Numbered from the stretch's first letter, positions 24,432-38,929 are shown. The stretch: 64,000 nt of DNA from Octopus sinensis (GCF_006345805.1 NC_043004.1:21018001-21082000); one strand, 5' to 3'. Notes: generated by a model not told the origin, from the letters alone. Numbers and translations are program-made.

Positions 24432-24712
24432 ATCATCATCATCATAATCATCATCATCATCATCCTTTAACCTCTGCCTTCCATGCTAGCATGAGTTGGA
24501 CGATTTGACTGAGGCCTGACAAACCAGATGGCTGCACGAGGCTCTAATCTGATCTGGCAGAGTTTCTACAGCTGGATGCCCTTCCTAACTGTAGAAACTC
24601 TGCCAGATCAGATTGGAGCCTGGTGCAGCCATCTGGTTCACCAGTCCTCTGTCAAATCGTCCAACCCATGCTAGCATGGAAAGCGAGTGTTAAAAGATGA
24701 TGATGATATATA
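24432..24712. mobile_element. Two RTE 3' ends in inverted, tails-outward arrangement
   Basis: (CAT)n on the left and (GAT)n on the right, with mirrored CTGTAGAAACTCTGCCAGATCAGATT arms around a ~17-nt spacer. Confidence 0.9.
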
Positions 24713-25207
24713 TATATACATCTCTCATACTTTTGTGACCTTATCTGACCTTACAGGTGCTCTTGCTTTTATGCTTTTCACTTTCTTAGATATGTTTTCT
24801 TGAGAGTATGTTCTTGTATCTCACTACCATAATATTTTCCACTCTTTGCAGTACCACTTCCATTCAGCCATGTTAAATGTGAAGTAGCCATTAATCCCTT
24901 TCACTAAAAACCTGTCTCTACTCTCCTCCAAAAGTTATATATTACATCTTTTGAATTTCTGTGATGAAGTTGAATATTTTAAGACTTTGATTGGAAAATG
25001 GATGACAATAAAAATAACCTGCTGTCAATCAAATATAAAATTTAGAAGTTCTATGAGTGCTAACCACACATTATATTTTTACATTGATATTATCCTTATA
25101 ATGAGCAATTTTCAACTGTTCAACATTTACATTAAAAATTATTTACATCATTTAAGAGTGTGGGACTTGAATTATCTCAATTATAATTAGACATATAACT
25201 ACCAGAG

Positions 25208-25371
<164 letters not shown>

Positions 25372-25372
<1 letters not shown>

Positions 25373-25590
25373 AAGAAGTGAGCTGGTAAAATTTTTAGCA
25401 CGCTGGACATAATGCTTAGTGACATTTTATTCGTGCTTACGTTTTGAGTTTAAATTCCACTGATTTGACTTTGCCTTTCATCCTTTTGAGTTCAATAAAT
25501 TAAGTACCAGTTGCGTATTGGAGTCGATCTAATCGACTGGCCCCAATCCCACCAAATTTCAGGCCTTGTGCCTGCAGTAGAAAGGATTAT
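25372..25590 (+). mobile_element. SINE family B
   Basis: B-box-like GAGTTTAAATTCC, core AAATTAAGTACCAGTTGCGTATTGGAGTCGATCTAATCGAC, and (ATT)n tail. Confidence 0.8.
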
Positions 25591-25636
25591 TATTATCATC
25601 ATCATCATCATTATTATTATTACTATTATCAATTTT

Positions 25637-25699
<63 letters not shown>

Positions 25700-25702
<3 letters not shown>

Positions 25703-26880
25703 TTTTTTTTTTTTTTTCTTCTTTCAAATTTGCTTCCATTTCTTGCCGAGTGTCTTCCCGACTCCTAGGGCAAAGAAACTCATAGTGTACATTGGTAGGC
25801 CATTAAACTAAACAATAGTTCGTTCATTTTTTTTTTTAAGTTAAATTAAAATACATGAGCAGCAACAGTTCTCACATCGACAATGCTCTTCTCAATACGT
25901 GTGATGTACCAGTTAAGATAATCTTTTGCACTTCTTGCAGGGATGGTAAGCCAGGGATCATTCTCATATAATTTTCGGTTCCCTTCTTGATCATTCCTAG
26001 TGTGCCTACGATCACTGGTATTGTAACCGCCTTGAGATGCCACATTTTCTCAATTTCAATGAGTAGGTCTTTATATTTTCTGAGCTTGTCAAACTCTTTC
26101 GCTGAGATATTATGATCACAGGGGATGCTCATGTCGATCAATAAGCAAACTTTATTGTTTTGGTCTTTCACAACAATATCTGGTTTATTGGCCTTGATGG
26201 TTCGGTCTGTATGTACTGGAAAGTCCCACAGAATCGTTACATTTTCTCCTTCAGTTACAGCCTCAGGGTGGTGATTATACCACTTGTCGGCAGTTTTGAT
26301 ATTGTAATGCCGACTTATTAGCCAGTGGAGATATTGGCCAACTCTGTCATGTCTTAATTTATACTCCACTGGTGCTAAGACTTTACATCCAGAGATTAGG
26401 TGGTCCACTGTTTCACTTATGTCGTTGCAGAATCAGCATTTTGGGTCTGCTCCATTTTTCATCACATTGGCCTGGTAGTTCCGGGTTAATAGGCTTTGAT
26501 CTTGAGCAGCCAGGATGAAACCTTCGCTCTCTGCTTTTAGCCCTGAGCTCCGTAGCCACTGATGGGTTTGCTTCTGGTCAACATCAGCTTGTTTGCTGCG
26601 GGTCACATATTTGCCATGCAGAGGTTTCTCCTCCCACCTATCAGCCAATTGCTCGTGCGCTTTTTTCATTGCCATCATTTTCACCTTCTTTGCAACAATA
26701 GTTGCCGTACTTGCCTCGGGTTGTTCAGTTTGGGTATCCTGCACGAGATCAATAGCAAATTTTTTGCTTTCCTTTATGATAGAATGAAGCTTCTTTCGTC
26801 TCTCGTGATTTTCCACGAGCTTTAGCATCCAGTCATTCGATATTTCGAGATATTTGGCCAGTCCAATTGTGGTTGTTTTG
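25700..26880 (-). mobile_element. 5'-truncated R4/Dong-like RLE non-LTR retrotransposon
   Basis: ORFs 26433-26990 and 25872-26408 are in one frame, broken by a single TGA in C*FC. They contain the CCHC knuckle (CxxC...ETVDHLISGC), RHD, and NKPDIVV...LIDMSIP...K RLE motifs, then a 3'UTR, poly(A) and (TAA)n. Confidence 0.95.
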
Positions 26881-26929
26881 TTATTATTATTATTATTATT
26901 ATTATTTATTATTATTATTATTATTATTA

Positions 26930-26985
<56 letters not shown>

Positions 26986-27004
26986 TTCATTTTTATTATT
27001 ATTG

Positions 27005-27195
27005 AGGTGGTGAGTTGGCAGAATAGTTAATCTGCCAGACAAAATACATAGAAGTATTTCATCTGTCTTTACATTTTGAGTTCAAATTCCATCAAAGGCT
27101 CAATGAAATAAGTACCAGTTGAATACTGGGGCTGATGCAGTTGACTAGCCCTTCCCTGAAAATTTAAGGCTTTGTGCCTATAGCAGAAAGCATTG
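27005..27195 (+). mobile_element. SINE family B
   Basis: GGTGGTGAGTTGGCAGAA...GAGTTCAAATTCC...AAATAAGTACCAG. Confidence 0.8.
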
Positions 27196-27767
27196 TTATT
27201 ATCAATGGCATTAGCCTGATTATTTTAGTTATAGTATAGACACTGCTATAATAGATGCTACTATATTGGATGAAGTAGAATAAAATAATTTAGCAGTTAC
27301 CTTATAAAAAATTTGGTAATACTTACACTTGAGAATTTACAAATATATTCTGCTTTACTTGTAAAGAAAAAAGAATATTATAGCAAAAAATATTTTCTTT
27401 TTCTTTTCCTTCCCAAATATGAATAATAGATACATAAATACAGTAAGCATCATATTTACTCCAGATGACTTATTTGTTGATGCTCTATTTTCATTAATGA
27501 TCTGAGAGCTATTATCATTACTTTCATTATTTCTTGTTTCATTATTAATGTTAGTGTTCCTTGTATTCTGAAAAAATTTCGTGAGCTAACATAATTACAG
27601 TTATTACTGTTGTTGTTATAAGTATTAAATGAAATTTATATTTCAGTTTCATATTTAAAATAATTATCAGTAACATTATTGATGCTTATCAATGAATAGT
27701 CTATATTTACAGATAATTAGTTTAGCATTTTGAGCATTTACATTGTTGGTACAATATTTAAAACTAA

Positions 27768-27960
27768 AAGGTGGCGAGCTTGGCAGAAATGTTAGCACAC
27801 TGGGTGAAATACCTAGTGGAATTTCATCTGTCTTTACATTCCGAGTTCAAATTCCGCTGAGGTTGACTGTGCCTTTCATCCTTTTGGGGGTCGATAAATT
27901 AAGTACCAGTTGCATACTGGGGTCAATCTAATCAATTGGCTTCCCTCCCCTGGAGTAGAA
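27768..27960 (+). mobile_element. SINE family B
   Basis: GGTGGCGAGCTTGGCAGAAATGTTAGCAC...GAGTTCAAATTCC...GGGGTCGATAAATTAAGTACCAG. Confidence 0.85.
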
Positions 27961-28291
27961 AAGAATATTTAAAACTGACAGAGAGCCTGTTCTCTAGGTA
28001 GTTTTCCATTAGTCACAACATGATATTTACATATTTGATTCCTAATTTGTGTCATTTTTCTGATATGTTATGTACATTTTTCTTTGTATCCCTAATTCAA
28101 CCTATTTGTACTCACTAGCTCAGTAGATAAATTTAGAATAATGCCAAGTATTCCAAGGCAAGGATAGAATTTTGGTAGAAATTAAGTATTATGTTTACTA
28201 AACTTAGCCACATTAGTTAATCTCATTCTCTTAAACACTGGTAGTCCATCACCTACATAATCATTTAGTATGCTAGAAATAGCAGGGATCA

Positions 28292-29330
28292 TGTCATCAT
28301 CATCGTTGTTTAATGCCCACTTTCCATGCTGAGGACTAGCAAACCAGAAGGCTGTACCACTCCGAGAATGTAGTGGGTGCTTTTTACATGCCATCGGCAT
28401 GAGAGCCAATCAGGCAGCACTGGCATCAACCACGCTTGAGTGGTACTATTTATGTGCCACCAGCATCGGAGCCAGTCAGGTGACACTGGCAGCAACCATG
28501 CTCAAATGGTGCTTTTTACAACCCACCAGCATGGGACCAGGCACGGGACCAGCTCAGGACAAGGCATCGGCCTCAACAATGACTTCACTTGACTCAACAG
28601 GTCTTCACAAGCACAGTTTATTGCCCATTGATTGAAAGGTACTCTTAAATAAACCAGTTATGCTGCACTGGCATAGGCCATGGTTATGCTCTCACTTGGC
28701 TTGCTGGGTCTTCTCAAGCATACCATATCTCCAAAGGTCTTGGTCACTTGTCATTGTTTCCATGAAGCACAACGTTTGAAGGTTGTGCTTCACCACCTCA
28801 TCCCAGGTCTTCTTGGCTCTACCTCTTCCACAGGTTCCCTCTACTGCTAGGGTGTGATACTTTTTCAAACAGTTGTCCTCATACATATGCAACACGTGAC
28901 CACACCAGCGCAGTTATCGCTCTTGCACATCTCATCTGATGCTTCTTATGGCCAACTTTTCTCTCAGGACGTGTATGCACACTGACATTACATATCCAGC
29001 AGAGCATACTAACTTCATTTCTGGCAAGCTTACGCATGTCCTCAGCAGTCACAGCCCATGTTTCACTGCCATGTAGCATGGGTTTTTGCTCCCCAGATTA
29101 TTCTTATTCTAGCAGCTTCGCTCTCAGGGCATCCACCTCAACTACTGACTTGGTCACCTAGGTAACGGAAGCTATCAACTTCTTGTTTTTTCACCCGGCA
29201 TGTGATGGAAGCTGTTTTCTGCACATTTTCATTGTTTATTACCCCTGAGCATTTGCTACACACAAAAACTATCTTCCCAGTTATCCTTCCTTTGATATTG
29301 CTGCATATCTTATGTGTCCACAGCCGTAAC
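28292..29330 (-). mobile_element. Older, deleted copy of the PHD-RTE family
   Basis: HKICSNIKGRITGKIVFVCSKC...SFRYLGDQVSS, MLHGSETWAVTAEDM and GRGRAKKTWDEVVKH, plus 3'UTR and (CAT)n. Confidence 0.9.
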
Positions 29331-30597
29331 AACAAATTTATCTTTGATAATTTTGTTTTTTCAAATTATGCTGGTATGTCTGGAAAGTTTCATTTTATTA
29401 AAAAGATGTTCATTTGATAAATTTCAGAAGAGAAAGTGTGGAATAGCAGGAAAGTTAGGAGGTAACAACATTGTTGCACGTGAATTATCTAAAACTCCCC
29501 TCCTCCACTCACTCTGCCCCCAAATTTTCACTACAAATTCCAATATGATTATAATGTATCCTAACCGAAAGGTATTTATAGAAAATCTCATTAAAAGGTA
29601 ATTTATAGAAAATTTCATTAAAAAATTCCCATTTTATGAGAGTTATGAAAAAACAATTCCAAGAAATCTGAATTATCTGAAACTTCTTTCCTTTCCTATC
29701 TCTGAAAAAAAAAATTTTCTCAACAATTTTTAATTTAGTCAGAATCAACATTATCTGAAACGTATATGTAGATAATTTCATTAAAAAATATTCTTTTCCC
29801 AGAAAGTTTTGAAGAAACAAAATTAGCTTAAAAAAATAGAAGACAAGTTTATATTTAATCAAATTGGAATAAGTATTTCAAAACTACTTTTAAAAGACCA
29901 ACAAATATGAAAGAATATGAAAATCAGCATAATTTAGAGAAAAGTTTTATTGATATCTCTGTAGACAGAAGTGCGATGTAGTGTGAGAGAGAGGGGGGAG
30001 GGGGCGAGAGAAACGGAGAGCAAGAAGGCAAAGAGGGAACTTTAACCACCTCACAATGGTAAATTGAATATTCTAGTAGTAGGTTGCAGAATATAACTGC
30101 TCACCTTTACATTCTCAACATGTCACCAAACTATGTAACTTGCTCTAGTTAGAATTAAATAGTCACACGAAGCAGCATTAAAGAATTTTATAACCCTAGC
30201 TTGATCAAGCTTTACACACATTAGTATACTTATTGAATGTTGTTTTAAAAAGAGCAGATTCATTCTTATCGAGCTGTGAAGAAAAGATTTTGGTGAGTGT
30301 TGCTGATGAATTGAAAGAGTGTAAAAATATATATGTCCTTCAAATCAAATGACATAATTTACGGACCAGTATATTATCACACATGTCTGAAAGGAGGATT
30401 ATCTCTCAGAACTATTTCTGCTGTGGAAAGTCATCTCATGTTTGAATATATATACATATATACATACACACATAATACATACATACATATACATATATAT
30501 GTATTCTTGTCTGTTATGTGGATATATAAATATAAATATAAATATAAATTTATATACATATATATATATTTATATTTATATATTTATATTTATATAG

Positions 30598-30947
30598 GTG
30601 CAGGAGTGGCTGTGTGGTAAGTAGCTTAATAACGAACCACATGGTTCCTGGTTCAGTCCCACTGCATCTTCTACTATAGCCTTGGGCTGACCAAAACCTT
30701 GTGAGTGGATTTGGTAGACGGAAACTGTAAGAAGCCTGTCGTATATATGTATATATGTGTAAGAAGCCTGTCGTATATATGTATATATGTGTGTGTGTGT
30801 GTGTATGTTTGTCCCCGAACATGGCTTGACAACCGATGATAAAATAAGTACTAGGCTTACAAAGAATAAGTCCTGGGGTCGATTTGCTCGACTAAAAGCA
30901 GTGCTCCAGCATGGCCACAGTCAAATGACTGAAACAAGTAAAAGAGT
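30598..30947 (+). mobile_element. SINE family A with internal deletions and a small duplication
   Basis: Head GGTGCAGGAGTGGCTGTGTGGTAAG. AAGAAGCCTGTCGTATATATG is duplicated at about 30730-30790. Confidence 0.85.
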
Positions 30948-30973
30948 ACATATATATATATATATATATATAT

Positions 30974-31314
30974 ACAATTCATAATTAAGGGCAAACGAAA
31001 AATTTCTAATGCCAGATATGCCGAAAAATTGGACATATTGTCCATTAACCATATAATTTTTTCATAATATGCACACTACTCGAAAAAAGGTTGACAGAAA
31101 TTTCTAAAACATTTCATTATTACCATATCGGACCGATTTCAGGGTTAGCTTATAACAGCCCTCCCTTCGTCAGTGATACATTGGAATGTTTTAGAAATTT
31201 CTGTCGACCTTTTTTCGAGTAGCGTGCATATTGTGAAAAAATTATATGGTTAATGGACAATATGTGCATATCAGGCATTAGAAATTTTTTCGTTTGCCCT
31301 TAATTATGAATTGT
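30974..31314. mobile_element. Fold-back element (about 130-140-bp arms) with a hammerhead-like motif in the spacer
   Basis: ACAATTCATAATTAAGGGCAAACG... is mirrored by ...CGTTTGCCCTTAATTATGAATTGT. Confidence 0.8.
31126..31178 (-). ncRNA. Minimal hammerhead ribozyme-like motif
   Basis: UAUCA-CUGACGA-AGGG-[18 nt]-CCCU-GAAA-UCG-GUC-CGAUA. One mismatch at the innermost stem I pair. Confidence 0.5.
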
Positions 31315-31418
31315 TTATAGATTTAACCTTTAAAGGTATTTTTTGATATGCTGGGCATTGATAAAATTTTTTTGAAAAAGAATATATTTTTTTTCGAAAA
31401 AATGTTATCCTTCATTAG

Positions 31419-31449
<31 letters not shown>

Positions 31450-33821
31450 ATATGTATATATACATACACAAATATACTTATGTATCAAAAAAAGATTATG
31501 TATGCATATTATACATACATGTTATACACACACACACATCACACTTATATCTATAATTTTACAAAAGTGTGTCATCCTCATCATCATCAATTTACAGATT
31601 CTTTCCTTTCTGATATATAAATGTGCGTGTGTGTGTCTGTGTGTGTCTGTGTGAATGGATGTTTTCTTATGTGTAATGCAAATCCAATTTTTACTTTTTG
31701 CACACAAAGTTCTTGTCAAAGAAAGTACAATTAAATTAGTTTAAACTAAAATAAACAGATGCTTGGAGTAAGATGGTATAAAATTACTATGGAAACACAT
31801 CTTGAAAATAGATATTTTTTACGATAACATCAGCTGAAAAAAGAACAAAGAAAACTATAGAATACAAAATAACTTGTATCTTCAATATGTACAGTGTTAT
31901 AGATTCTTTTCAGTTGCTATATATTTTTTTTTATGCATCTGTATGTGTGTCTGTGTTTTATTTTACCTTTATTCTTGGTTGTTTGTTATTTCTCACTGTA
32001 AATGGGCTGGTTCTGTTAAAAGTTGGACACTAGCAGAAAAATACTCATATACCTGCAAATATGCTTACATAGATATATACATACATGCATATATGCATGC
32101 TTGCATGCACACATATATACACTTACTCACACACTTATGTATATATATATATATACATATATATTTATATGTACCCTCATGGATATCCAAACACATACTC
32201 ACATGCACAAATATATGTGTATGTTATGTGAATCTATGTGAGTCTGGCAATAATTTTGTAGCAGATATCTTCACATCTTTAGAGTTGTTGAATCTTAGTG
32301 AAGTGTACACAGTTTGGGTGTATCAACACACATATGTATTTTGTGTAGAATGAATGACAGAAAAATACTCAGTGCGTGGTGTAGACTATAATTATGATTA
32401 TTGCTCTGTTACTTTTAATGTCATGAATATTTGATCATACAGCCATGTTGTTCAATAATTTAAAAAATTGCTTTTATGCAACTTAGTACCACTGATTATC
32501 ACTGAGCGAAGGACTCATATATAAAAAGTAGTCACTTTAAACCGAGGACAATATTTGTATTTCACATGATGGCAATATTTTATGTTTGGATCAAAATTTA
32601 GTATAATTTCCTGTGTGGGTCTCACTGTACTCTATGATGCACATATGAACATGTCTTTCTCTGAAGTAGGTTTTAAAATCTAATTTAAATTTCCCTTTGG
32701 TTGTACATGTTGAATCTCTAGATAACCATTATTAGGCTATAAGCTCAGTGTTTAATTAAAAATTCACAGGTACAAGAATGTGTTTGAAGTTGTGAAGCCT
32801 TTACAGGACAATAAAGCCTCTTTTCCTCTGTTTGAAATATAAGCAATTTTGAAATTTTGAGTTTTCAGTAACATACAGCTGACAATGACTACTGTAGCTG
32901 TCATTTGTTTTTGCCTTTGTTTCAATACTCCATATCATCATAGGCTTGTTCTGTTCTCAGTTTATCAAGAACTAAATATACTTCAAAAGGATTGTAATGG
33001 GACATTTATTTCAAAACCTAAATGAAAGGATATGTTGTATGTTTTTGGCTTTAAAAGTATTTTCAGTTAACTCATGTTCTTTATTACTCTACAGTATGCT
33101 GTATTTACACTTGTTCAGTGCTGATTTTGGCCAAAGTATTTTTGCACTATATACTTAAAATGATGGAAGAAGCCTTGAAGGTTAACACAAAAATATTTGG
33201 AAAATTATGACACTATTTCTTTTGTCAAGCATTTTAGATTCATTTTCGATGGCAGTAAACATTGTTGTATCTCCGAAATTACATTCATATGTGATATTTA
33301 GGGATTTTTGTTAGGAGTGAAAGATTCGTAAATTTAATGTTAGTTGGTTTTGACAGAGTTTTATTGAAAAATTTGGAATAGGCAATGGATTAAGTCTACC
33401 ACTCAAAAACAAGAACAATGGTGATCACCCAAGATTATGGTAGAGAACACTTGCTGAAGGTTCCATGAAATGAGGTCAACCCCAAAATGACAAAACTGCA
33501 AATGAACTTCTTAATTAAGAAGCTAGGTCTGTTACAGCCAATCAAATCAAAAATAAAACAAACAAAATATTCTCTTACATCAATCTCTATAATCTCTCAT
33601 TCGTTCATTGTTCAATAATTTAAATCTATCTTTGTTTGTTTATAGAATAAAGTTAAGGCCATTGTTTTTCTAGTTGACTCCAAGAAATGCGCTGTCTTCA
33701 GCCATACCTAATGCTATACGAACTATTTTGAGTTATCTCTAAAACTCCTCCAGTCATTTTACTCACACTCTCTGTCTCTACAGCTCTATCTTACTCCCCC
33801 TCTCTCTTTCTTTCTTTGTGC

Positions 33822-33866
<45 letters not shown>

Positions 33867-34030
33867 TACACATGTATGTAACTATGTATGTCTGTATGTA
33901 TGCGTGTGTGTGTGATGTATAATATATGAATATATATACACAAGCATACAATAATATATAAAAGCAAACACACTCACACGTATATATATATATATATATA
34001 TATACATATATATACATATATATTGTATAT

Positions 34031-34064
<34 letters not shown>

Positions 34065-34101
34065 CATACATATACCTATATATACATATATCTATATATA
34101 C

Positions 34102-34152
<51 letters not shown>

Positions 34153-34168
34153 ACATATATATATATAC

Positions 34169-34224
<56 letters not shown>

Positions 34225-34259
34225 CATACATATATATATACATTTTATATACGTATATA

Positions 34260-34302
<43 letters not shown>

Positions 34303-34335
34303 TATATACATATATATATATGTATAATATATATG

Positions 34336-34381
<46 letters not shown>

Positions 34382-34401
34382 TATATATATATATTATATA
34401 T

Positions 34402-34433
<32 letters not shown>

Positions 34434-34434
34434 C

Positions 34435-34820
34435 ACTAGCAGTATCGCCCGGCGTTGCTCAGGTTTGTAAGGGAAATAACTATAAAGCATTTTTAGAGAG
34501 TTATAGCCAAAAATAGCAAAAAAATGGAAAAAAAATTGATGGTAAATTTTTTTGAGAGTGAAAAAAGGTGGAGTTGCGTCCCCTAGACAGTTTGCGGTTT
34601 GTGTTCTGATTCTCGACCCCATGTCGAATTTATCGATTTTTTTTCAGAACTGGGGGAACTTTTCAAAATTTTCGCTACGTTAGTTTTGAATTATAACATT
34701 GGGCTATGTGTGTGTCAAGTTTCATCAGAATCGGTTGAAAGCCGTGGTCAGGGTGAGGGTACAAGCAAACAGACACACAGAAACACGCACAGACAAACTG
34801 CCGTTTATATATAGAGAGAT
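34435..34820 (+). mobile_element. Non-autonomous Helitron-like element
   Basis: 5' ACTAGC plus hairpin CCCGGCGTTGCTCAGG. 3' AAGTTTCATCAGAATCGG, ACAGACA-type repeats and CCGTTTATATATAGA. This resembles Lep1/HINE-type architecture as recalled. Confidence 0.6.
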
Positions 34821-34864
34821 ATATCTATCTATCTATCTATATATATATATATATAAATATATAA

Positions 34865-34897
<33 letters not shown>

Positions 34898-35274
34898 TGC
34901 ACATGTCTGTGTGTATGTGTGAAATATCCCTTCTGGCTTTCTTTCAGAAACTTTTTTCATTTGTTCTCTACTTCTTTCCTGTAATCTTTAAATGTCATTG
35001 TGCATATGGTATTAGGTGACCATTACCTGCTGCTATTATAATTCCTATTGTTGCTATCTTTTTAAAAGGAAAGCCAGAAACAATATTTATCCATCCAAAT
35101 TTTGTTGTCCATTATAAATACTCAAACGCGAATTCCTGGAAAATGTTTCGCACCATGTCTCATTGATTCTCAACAGCTATTTTGTTTCTTGTTCTTCTAC
35201 AACTTTCATTATTTTAATCTATTAACAGCATGTTCTTAGAAGCTAGTAAAACAATGACAATGTTGTTGTTGTAA

Positions 35275-36285
<1,011 letters not shown>

Positions 36286-36954
36286 CAGCAGCAGCATCAG
36301 AAGAAGAAGAAGAGAGTTATCAATGAATATAGCATAGGTTATTACTGAAAGCCTTTTGATGGAATAGCATTGTCAAAGACAATAGCTTAGAACAAAGCAA
36401 TTCTAAAATTAATGTGGCATATCAAACACAATATGATAGATGCTGCTTAATAATTTCAAGCATATTACAACAAACCTATATATATGTATATGTATATATG
36501 TGTATGTATATGTGCATGTGCTTGAGTGTGAATGTGTATCTTTCACAAAATGGTGTTAACTACTCAATAGTTCAAAGCCCTTACTAAACTTTATAACTGA
36601 TGAATAAATCAGTCAGCTGAGTGTGCTGATAGAATTTCTAGAATAACGATATATACATATACGTAGTATGATTTATGAGGAAAAACTATATGGAGTCACA
36701 TATATGTATGTACTTAGCTAGGCTATGAAACTAGATCCCCGTCAGTAATTGTTTTCACAGTTTGGGAGTCAGATAAAACCAGTTTCATTGTTACTAAACA
36801 ACCTATCATGTTTAATTCATTTCTTCTTCTGAAAGTTTGTAGTGTAAATTGAAAGAGACAGTGTGGCACCTTAGGAAGGATGAATAAGCGAATCATGATG
36901 AACATTTAAGTAGTGATGAAACCATGCCAAAATATTTAAAAAGTTCTCATTGAA

Positions 36955-37545
36955 CTGGAATACATTGAGTATGAATAGTTTGGGCTTGTGTATTGGATAT
37001 ACTGGGCCTGAATGAATTGGTTTTGATTACAGTGGGCCCGGCTATTTGATCCTGAATATACTGGACTAGAATTCCTTTGTCTGTCAGTGACAGTGATGAC
37101 CAAAGACATGACATGGGAAAAGAAGACAGGGCACAGTGTGTCTGGCTGTGGCCAATCAGTTCAATGTGTGCTCAGAAGGATCTGCCATAGGTTGGGCACT
37201 GGTGGACTGGAGTGACTGAAGACAAGAAGTTGGGTCTGGATGTTCACAATTCCCATTTTTTTTGTTGTCACTCTGTTATTCTGTCCTGCTCATAGGAGGT
37301 GGCACTTCTATTGATGCAGCTTTGCCAGGCAGGGCTGTCTTACACAAGTTTTCACAAGGAAGTGTAAGACTGAACTAGATTACATTGCATATGAATAAAT
37401 TATGTCTGATTACATTGGACCTGAAAGCAATGGATCTGAACAAATTAAGTTTGAAAATTTTGCATTGGAATGATTTGAGTCCAGATATTTTGGCTCTAAA
37501 TGCATTGGTCTTAATTTGGACCCAAATACTCAATGGACTTATGTA
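36955..37545. repeat. Two blocks of a degenerate 15-bp minisatellite (about GAATACATTGGGCCT) at 36955-37075 and 37372-37545
   Basis: Recurring GAATACATTG / GATTACATTGGACCT / GAATATACTGGACTA at roughly 15-bp period. Confidence 0.55.
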
Positions 37546-37669
37546 TGATTTTACAATTTTAAACAATACTGTTTCACACAAATAATGTTTTGTGCAAAAA
37601 TATTAGCTCATTGCTAGTTTAAAGCTTAGACTATACTCTTTGGTTAATGCATAAAGTAATGTAACCAAA

Positions 37670-38005
37670 TTATCTCCTTGAAAGTTTTAGTCGAACAAAT
37701 CAACCCCCAAGACTTTTTTTTCTACGCTTAGGATATTTATTCTATCACTCTCTTTTTGCTGAAGCACTAAGTTATGGGTGACATAAGTAAACCATCACTG
37801 ATTGTCAAGGTGTGGTGGGAGACAAACACAAACACACACACATATGTATATGATGGGTTTCTTTCAGTTTTTATCTACCGAATCCAGTAACATGGCTTTT
37901 GTCAGTCTGATGCTACAGCAGTAGACACTTGCCCTGGGTCCTATACAGTGGGATTAAACCCAGAAACACACAGTTGAGAAGCAAAATTCTTGCCACGCAG
38001 CCATA
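37670..38005 (-). mobile_element. SINE family A (old, diverged)
   Basis: Degenerate reverse complement of the consensus. Confidence 0.7.
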
Positions 38006-38721
38006 ATTGCACCTGAATAAGGAAATTCTCAACTAATCAATGCTGTTTCTTACTTTTTCCCCTTGCAGTTAATTTATGTAACATTTTTTTTAATAAATTA
38101 ATATTTATCAAAGAATGTGCCCACTAATATTCATGAATCTTTTGTAACTGTGTTTGATGATATAATTTAAATGAAGTATAGAACATAATTTTATATATAA
38201 CTAAATTATACATAGTTATGTAAGTTAGTGACACACAGAGTTTTATAGGTAAGATAGAGTTACATTTAGTTACATAATAATTCAGTTTGGGTTACATATG
38301 AGTAAGGTTAGTGGTGCATACAACTACATAGGTAAGTTAGTGTTACATATAGCTCTCTTGTGAAATTATTGTAACATATACCTACATCTGCAACTTAATA
38401 TCATATATAGCTACATACATGCATGTTATACATAACTGCATCAGTAAGTTAGCTTTAAATATTGCTACATAGGTAAATAAGTGTATTAAATAAATTTAAT
38501 AGATGCTGCTACAGAAATTATGTAATAATTAGTATGTGTTGAAGAACAAAAAGAAATCAATAATAATTATTGATTAATATCATTCTAATTTTCCAAGCAA
38601 GTGCAAGAGATAACTCTGGTCATATTTCAGCTTCATTTGATCTCATAAGCAAAGAATAAATTTCTAAGTAATCTGTAACGAAACTTACATAATTAAATTC
38701 ATCTTAAAGCAGCTGATCCAT

Positions 38722-38929
38722 TCTCTTTTATTCTCTTTTACTTGTTTCAGTCATGTGACTGTGGCCATGCTGGAGCACCACCTTTAGTCGAGCAAATCGA
38801 CCTCAGGACTTATTCTTTGTAAGCCTAGTACTTATTCTATCAGTCTCTTTTGCCGAACCGCTAAGTTACGGTGATGTAAGTACACTAACATCAGATGTCA
38901 AGCGATGTTGGGGGGACACAGACACACAA

